From positions 32,001 to 96,000 of the forward strand of contig JBBQUR010000012.1 of assembly GCA_038212275.1 (NCBI GenBank): a DNA stretch of 64,000 nt. The letters are read 5' to 3'. Source of the stretch: Planctomycetota bacterium. GTDB taxonomy: Bacteria; Planctomycetota; B15-G4. This document shows positions 58,723 through 64,000 of this stretch, in pieces; positions within the stretch are counted from its first letter, which is position 1, and every line of letters starts with the position of its first letter. The position numbers were made by a program, and so were the translations under genes. Below the pieces are notes generated by a model. That model did not search any database, had not been told where the DNA came from, and saw nothing but the letters and a program-made list of their open reading frames with translations.

Positions 58723-59799
58723 TCAGTCCGGGCGCGTGCCGGCGAGTTCCAGGGCCCAGGCGCAGGCGGCACGCGCCACGTCGGTCGCGAAGGGCAGGTT
58801 CAGCGTGGCGGGCGTGTCGGACGGCTGGTGATAGTGCGGCGTGCGGAAGTTGGCCGTGTCCGAGAGCAGGATGGCGGGCAGGCCGACGTCCCAGTAGCTG
58901 GCGTGATCGGCGCGTCCCGCATCCGAGAACCAGCCGGCGATGCGCTTGAGGCCCCAGACGGACAGACCGGGAACGTAGCGGGCGGCGGCATCCTCGTAGT
59001 CGTCGGCGAGCGCGCTGGACGACCAGTTGCCGGCGAGGAAGACGAAGTCCGCGGTCTCCGGCATCCACGCGAGGAGCGGGATGCGCACCGGCGCGTCCTG
59101 GCTGTCGGGCTCGCTGCTCGCGTAGCCGATCATGTCCATCACGAGGGCGCCGACGAGGTGCTCGTCGGAGGCCGCGAGGGCCTTTGCGTGCGCCGCGCTG
59201 CCGTGCAGGCCGGTCTCCTCCGCCGCGAAGAAGCAGAAGCGCAGCGTGCGGTCGAGCGGCGCGTCGGCGCAGGCCTGCGCAATCGACAGCAGCGCCGCGA
59301 CGCCGGAGGTGTCGTCGTCCGCGCCGACCGTGCCGGGCACCGTGTCGTAGTGCGCGCCCAGTTCGACGACGCTGTGCGGCTCGCGCGCGCCGCGCCGCTC
59401 CGCGAGCAGGTTGACGTGCACGTGGTTGTCGATGCGGATCCTTCGCCAGCTGACCGTGGCGACGCCGCTCGCTCCGGGTGCGGGCTCCGTGCGCTCTTCG
59501 ATGAAGGGGTAGGTGGGGGCGACGAAAACTTCTTCGCGTACCTCGTAGCCCCAGCCGCGGAGTGGCGCGGCGAGCCGGTCCAGCGTGATGCGGCAGGCCG
59601 TCTCGTCGGACTCGACGCGCGGGCCATGCGCGGTGAGCGCGTCGACGTCCGCCGCGAAGTCCTCCGGCGTGATGCGCGCGATCCGTGCGGCGATCTCCGG
59701 GCGCGGCGGCGGCAGCGCGCAGCCCGCACCGAGCAGGGCCAGCGCCGCCAGCGCGGCGGCAGCGCGCCGTCGCGACCCGCGCTGCGCCTGCTCAAGCAT
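58723..59799 (-). CDS. M28 family metallopeptidase, lipoprotein
   Basis: LLGAGC lipobox; GAHYDT, GADDDTSGVA, AAEETGL, DMIG, ADHASY, YHQPSD. Confidence 0.92.
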   Translation of the reverse strand: MLEQAQRGSRRRAAAALAALALLGAGCALPPPRPEIAARIARITPEDFAADVDALTAHGPRVESDETACRITLDRLAAPLRGWGYEVREEVFVAPTYPFIEERTEPAPGASGVATVSWRRIRIDNHVHVNLLAERRGAREPHSVVELGAHYDTVPGTVGADDDTSGVAALLSIAQACADAPLDRTLRFCFFAAEETGLHGSAAHAKALAASDEHLVGALVMDMIGYASSEPDSQDAPVRIPLLAWMPETADFVFLAGNWSSSALADDYEDAAARYVPGLSVWGLKRIAGWFSDAGRADHASYWDVGLPAILLSDTANFRTPHYHQPSDTPATLNLPFATDVARAACAWALELAGTRPD

Positions 59800-61189
59800 G
59801 CGCGGCGGCCAGCTCGGCGAACTGAGCCTCGAGCACGGCGGGGCGGGAGTCACCGCCGCGCGCGGCGTTCTTCGCGGCCCACGCCGCATCCTCGTGGCGG
59901 CGCAGCACGCGGCCAGCGGCATCGACGCGGTCGTAGAACATGTTGCGTCGCGCCGGCGTGAAGCCCGCCGCGCGGATCTGGCTCTCGAGCAGTTCGATGG
60001 TCGCGAGGCATTCGCAGTTGGCAGCCGAGACGACGTTCTCCTCGATCATCACCGAGCCCATGTCGTTCATGCCGTAGTGCAGCGAGACGGCGGCGAGGTC
60101 GATGCCCTGCGTCACGAAGCTGGCCTGCATGCTCTGCACGTTGTCGAGGTAGAGACGCGACACGGCCGCGGTACGCAGGTAGTCGAAGCCGCCGACCATC
60201 GGCACCTCCGCCATGTCGGTGTGCGGCGACTGAAAGGTCCACGAGATGAAGGCCGTGAAGCCGGCGGTCTCGTCCTGCAGCTCGCGCACGCGGCGCAGGT
60301 GCTCCACGCGCTCGGCCGGAGTCTCGACGTGGCCGAACATCATCGTGGCCGTCGTGCGCAGGCCCTGGCGGTGGCAGACGCGGTGCACGTTGAGCCAGTC
60401 GTCGCTCATGGTCTTGAGCGGCGAGATGAGTCTGCGCACGCGGTCCACCAGGATCTCGCCGCCGCCGCCGGGCATGCTGTCGAGTCCGGCCGCGCGCATG
60501 CGCGCCACGATCGTGTCGAGCGGCAGCTTGCTCACGTGGCTGCAGTGCAGGATTTCGCTGGGTGACAGGCCGTGGATGTGAATCGGCTCGTGCTGCTTGA
60601 TCGCGCGGAAGAGTTCCTCGTAGCGCTCGATGCCGTAGTCGGGGTTGTGGCCGCCCTGCAGCAGGATCTGCACGCCGCCCAGCGCCTTCGTCTCGCGGAT
60701 CTTCTGAAGGATGGTCTCGATCGGGTGGTCGTAGCCCTCGGGGTCGCCGGGCCGCCGGTAGAAGGCGCAGAACTTGCACAGCGTCACGCAGACGTTCGTG
60801 TAGTTGATGTTGCGGTCGACGATGTAGCTGACCTCGCCGCAGCTCGGCGCGGACTCCGCGTCGAGGCGCGCCCCGTGCGTCCGCAGCGCGCCGGGCGCAG
60901 CCGTCGCACCGGGCGCAAGGCCCGCGCTGCGCGTCGAGCCCGCGCTGCCCGCAGAACCCGCGCCGCCCGCAGAACCCGCGCCGCCCGCAGGACCGGCGCC
61001 ACCCGCGGAATCGGATCCACTCACAGAGCCGGCGCCACCCGTGCGCGGCGGGTGGAAGCGGCGGCGCACGCGGTCCGCGAGGCGGCCGATGGCCGTGATG
61101 TCCGGGCAGCTCAGCAGGAAGAGCGCGTCGTCGTCGGACAGCTGGGCGCCGTCCGCGACCTTGGAGGAGATGCTGGCAAGTGTGGGCAT
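59792..61189 (-). CDS. mqnC: Cyclic dehypoxanthinyl futalosine synthase, radical SAM
   Basis: SYIVDRNINYTNVCVTLCKFCAF, LLQGGHNP, PGGGGEIL, AFISWTFQ, GSVMIEENVVSAA. Confidence 0.93.
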   Translation of the reverse strand: MPTLASISSKVADGAQLSDDDALFLLSCPDITAIGRLADRVRRRFHPPRTGGAGSVSGSDSAGGAGPAGGAGSAGGAGSAGSAGSTRSAGLAPGATAAPGALRTHGARLDAESAPSCGEVSYIVDRNINYTNVCVTLCKFCAFYRRPGDPEGYDHPIETILQKIRETKALGGVQILLQGGHNPDYGIERYEELFRAIKQHEPIHIHGLSPSEILHCSHVSKLPLDTIVARMRAAGLDSMPGGGGEILVDRVRRLISPLKTMSDDWLNVHRVCHRQGLRTTATMMFGHVETPAERVEHLRRVRELQDETAGFTAFISWTFQSPHTDMAEVPMVGGFDYLRTAAVSRLYLDNVQSMQASFVTQGIDLAAVSLHYGMNDMGSVMIEENVVSAANCECLATIELLESQIRAAGFTPARRNMFYDRVDAAGRVLRRHEDAAWAAKNAARGGDSRPAVLEAQFAELAAAHA

Positions 61190-61278
61190 GCGCGAAGCGT
61201 TATAACGTCCCGCATCGGAGGAGGCACGGGCTCGACCGGGCGCGGCCATCCGGCGAGGCGTCTAGCGGGAGCATCGTC

Positions 61279-64000
61279 ATGGTTGGCACATCGGGGAAGG
61301 CTCGTCGCACGTCGCGAACGATGGTCGCGTGCGTCGTCGCGGTCGCGCTCCTGTGCATCGGGCTGGCGTGGTGGATGAGCGGCGACGCGCCGACGGACCT
61401 CGGGCGTTCGTCACCACTGCGCTCCGCGGAACGCGCAGCGGATCATGCCGACCTGCCCTTCACTGACGCCGGGCAGCACGCGCCGGAGTCGGCGACGGGA
61501 TCGCTGCCGAAGCTGTCTCCGGCGCCGACGCAGGCCTTGACCGCAAGCTCCGGGTCGGCGGCGCCCTGGGCCCGGCTGATCGGGCGCGTGCTGCGTCCGG
61601 ATGGCACGCCGGCCGCGGATGTGAACGTCGTGCATCCGTTGCAGCCGGGCGTGAACCTCGCCGGGCAACTTCGTGACAACCCTCCGCGCACGGCAGCCGA
61701 CGGCAGTTTCGAGATCGGGATCGGCCAGACCGGCACCGCGCCGGGTGCATCGCTCATGCTGCTCGACGGGCCGCCGGCCTCACGCGTTCTGGTGCACGTG
61801 CCGGCACCGCACGCAGGCGACAACGACCTCGGTGACGTCGTCCTCGCGGACGGCGCCGGACTCTCCGGCCGCATCGTGGACCCGGACGGGCTGCCGGTGG
61901 CTCGCGCCTACGTGACGGTGCGCGCTCCGAGCGACCGCGACAACGGGGGCGAGCTCTTCGACGGGAACCCCGACGACGTCGCCTGGCAGAACCTCGCGGC
62001 GGCGTTCACCTCCGACGACGGCCGCTTCCTCCTCACAGGCCTGCCCGCCGCCGAGATGGAACTGTACGCCCGTGCCGACGGATTTCAGGAATACACGCTA
62101 CGCGGCCTCGCTCCGCGACGCGCGGAGCTCACGGAGCTGGGCGACCTCGCGCTGAGCGAGGGCCGCGTGCTGTCGGGCGTGCTGCTCGACGCGGACGGCG
62201 CGCCGGTCGCGGGCCGGCAGGTCATGGCGTGGGCCGAGCGGTCCTTCCCGCGCGGCTCCACCGAGGCGCGCGTCGACCTGGGCCGGACGTCGGGTTTCAC
62301 GCTGAGCGACGCGCTGGGCGGCTTCCGCATCGCGGGTCTGCAGCCCGGCGTGTACGAGCTGGACGCGTGGGCCGAGGGCCACGCCTTCACGCGCCTGCAC
62401 GACGTGGCCGACGAGCAGCGCGATGTCGTGCTGCGCCTGCGGCGTGCGGGTCGCGTGCTGCTCACGCTGCGCGACGCACGCACGCAGGCGCCGCTCGGCG
62501 CTGCAGAGGTCGAGGCGAGCATGGCGCCGCGCACCGGAGGTGGATACTCGTCCGACAACGCGTACGTCGTCACCGCCGGTGCCGACGCGGGCTTCGCCGA
62601 AGGCATGTATGTGGTGGACGGCCTGGGCGATGACACCACGATCCTCAGCGTGAGCAGGGAGGGCTACTCGCCTTCGAGCGCGACGATCGAAGGCCTCGCT
62701 CCGGGCCAGCAGCGCGAACTGCTGCTCGACCTCGCGCCGCGCGTCGTGCTCTCCGGAGTCGTGCAGGACCAGTTCGAGCAGCCGGTCGCCGGAGCGATGG
62801 TCCAGGCCGGAGCGCACGCCGGGCCCGCGACAGGCACTCCGACACGCATGCGCCGTCCCCCGGAAGACGGCCGGTTCCGCTTCGACGATCTGGCTATCGG
62901 GAGCTGGCAGGTGTGGGCGTACGCGCCAGGGCACGGCAAGGCCGACAACTACGCGGTCGAGATTCCGCCGGAGGGGCTCTCCGACGTGATCGTGTTCCTG
63001 CCGGTGCTGGGCCGTGCGGCGGGGCTCGTCACGGCGAGCGACGGCACGGCCATGCCCGGAGCGAGCGTCGTCGCGGCGGAGGTGGAGGCGATGCCCTTGC
63101 GCGGCGCGCCGCCGCACGCGGGCCGCATCGTCATCGGCCCGAGAGACTCGCATGAGAAGGGCGCGGCGGCCACGTGCGATGCCGACGGCCGCTTCGTTGT
63201 CGACGGCCTCTGGCCCGGCACGTGGTTGATGGCCGCCACGCTCGGGCCGCCGGCGGAGGCCAGGGCGCGGCTGGCGTCGCTCGCGGCAGCCGAAGCGGCA
63301 GCGCTTGCCTCACCGGGCCGGCCACTCGCGGTGGTGGGCGCCGACGTGCGCCGCGTCACCATCGTGGATGGCGAGGCGACGAGCGCAGACCTCGTGGTGC
63401 CGGTGCCCGCGCAGCTCCGCGGCCGCGCGCTGTCGGACGGCCGGCCGATCGCCGGCGCGCGCGTCGTGCTCGGTGCGTTGAATGGCGACAGCGCCACCGT
63501 CCTCGCGTCCACCGACACCGATGCCGACGGAGGTTTTGAGTTCTCGCCGGTCGCGCCCGGGCAGTGCGTCGTGATGGCCTCCAGCCCGGACGAGATCGTT
63601 CCGCGCGGGCGCCGCGTGGCGCTGCACGACGGCGAGCAGGCCTACGTCGAGCTCTCGTTCCACGGACCCACATTGCACGGCGTCGTCGTCGACGAGTCGA
63701 GCGGGCGCCCCGTCGGCGACGTGGACGTGAGCGCCTACGCCAGCAAGCTGTACGCGGGCGACGGCCTCACGCTGGCCGACCTCGATCAGAAGGCGATGCA
63801 GGTGCTCAGCTCGGCCGGCCTCCGAGGCACGACGTTCCGCGCCGACGCTCAGGGCCGCTTCGAGATCCCGCACCTCCCGCCCGGCCAGTGGGTCTGCTTC
63901 GCAGAGGGTGACCGATGGCTCCCGGCGGACAACGTCCGCGTCGAGCTGCCGGACGACTGGACACCCGATTCCATCAAGCTGCCGGTCACGGCCGGCGCGC
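61279..64000 (+). CDS. Membrane-anchored protein with multiple carboxypeptidase-regulatory-like (Ig-like) repeats; truncated by window end
   Basis: Not in the ORF track; open frame from ATG 61279 (GGAG upstream) to the edge; N-terminal TM; repeated GRVLRPDGTP / GRIVDPDGLPV / GVLLDADGAPV...DGRF modules. Confidence 0.85.
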   Translation, partial: MVGTSGKARRTSRTMVACVVAVALLCIGLAWWMSGDAPTDLGRSSPLRSAERAADHADLPFTDAGQHAPESATGSLPKLSPAPTQALTASSGSAAPWARLIGRVLRPDGTPAADVNVVHPLQPGVNLAGQLRDNPPRTAADGSFEIGIGQTGTAPGASLMLLDGPPASRVLVHVPAPHAGDNDLGDVVLADGAGLSGRIVDPDGLPVARAYVTVRAPSDRDNGGELFDGNPDDVAWQNLAAAFTSDDGRFLLTGLPAAEMELYARADGFQEYTLRGLAPRRAELTELGDLALSEGRVLSGVLLDADGAPVAGRQVMAWAERSFPRGSTEARVDLGRTSGFTLSDALGGFRIAGLQPGVYELDAWAEGHAFTRLHDVADEQRDVVLRLRRAGRVLLTLRDARTQAPLGAAEVEASMAPRTGGGYSSDNAYVVTAGADAGFAEGMYVVDGLGDDTTILSVSREGYSPSSATIEGLAPGQQRELLLDLAPRVVLSGVVQDQFEQPVAGAMVQAGAHAGPATGTPTRMRRPPEDGRFRFDDLAIGSWQVWAYAPGHGKADNYAVEIPPEGLSDVIVFLPVLGRAAGLVTASDGTAMPGASVVAAEVEAMPLRGAPPHAGRIVIGPRDSHEKGAAATCDADGRFVVDGLWPGTWLMAATLGPPAEARARLASLAAAEAAALASPGRPLAVVGADVRRVTIVDGEATSADLVVPVPAQLRGRALSDGRPIAGARVVLGALNGDSATVLASTDTDADGGFEFSPVAPGQCVVMASSPDEIVPRGRRVALHDGEQAYVELSFHGPTLHGVVVDESSGRPVGDVDVSAYASKLYAGDGLTLADLDQKAMQVLSSAGLRGTTFRADAQGRFEIPHLPPGQWVCFAEGDRWLPADNVRVELPDDWTPDSIKLPVTAGA

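Overview
A very GC-rich (roughly 70-75% by eye), gene-dense bacterial chromosomal segment; the gene content suggests a Planctomycetota-like organism (inference). I see no rRNA, tRNA, CRISPR array, transposase or prophage. Left to right: an archaeal-type DNA topoisomerase VI pair (top6A truncated by the window edge, top6B) split by an exported QW-repeat prenyltransferase/cyclase-fold gene; a sulfatase-like gene and a TlpA-like redoxin; mqnA; an NSS transporter with a 39-aa partner; a ferredoxin; an ArsR-methyltransferase (SahR/SamR-like) regulator coupled to metH; a GldA/F/G-like ABC system with a DUF4340-like gene; an M13 peptidase; a 1369-aa secreted orphan; a thioredoxin/MsrA-like fusion; two PAS hybrid histidine kinases around a Zn-peptidase; a lipoprotein methyltransferase; a HerA-like ATPase divergent from a Ser/Thr kinase-lipoprotein pair; tag; mqnE; a split T2SS/type IV pilus-like locus; an M28 peptidase; mqnC; and a truncated carboxypeptidase-regulatory-like repeat protein. 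The best candidate for a new system is the T2SS/pilus-like locus, whose secretin operon sandwiches a GspG-like pilin between a GT-C-type membrane protein and a polyprenol-phosphate sugar synthase, suggesting a self-contained pilin glycosylation cassette. Other notable points are apparently leaderless mqn genes, a probable CTG start codon, and pervasive short tandem-repeat expansions inside conserved enzymes. All calls come from motif recognition; no database searches were run.
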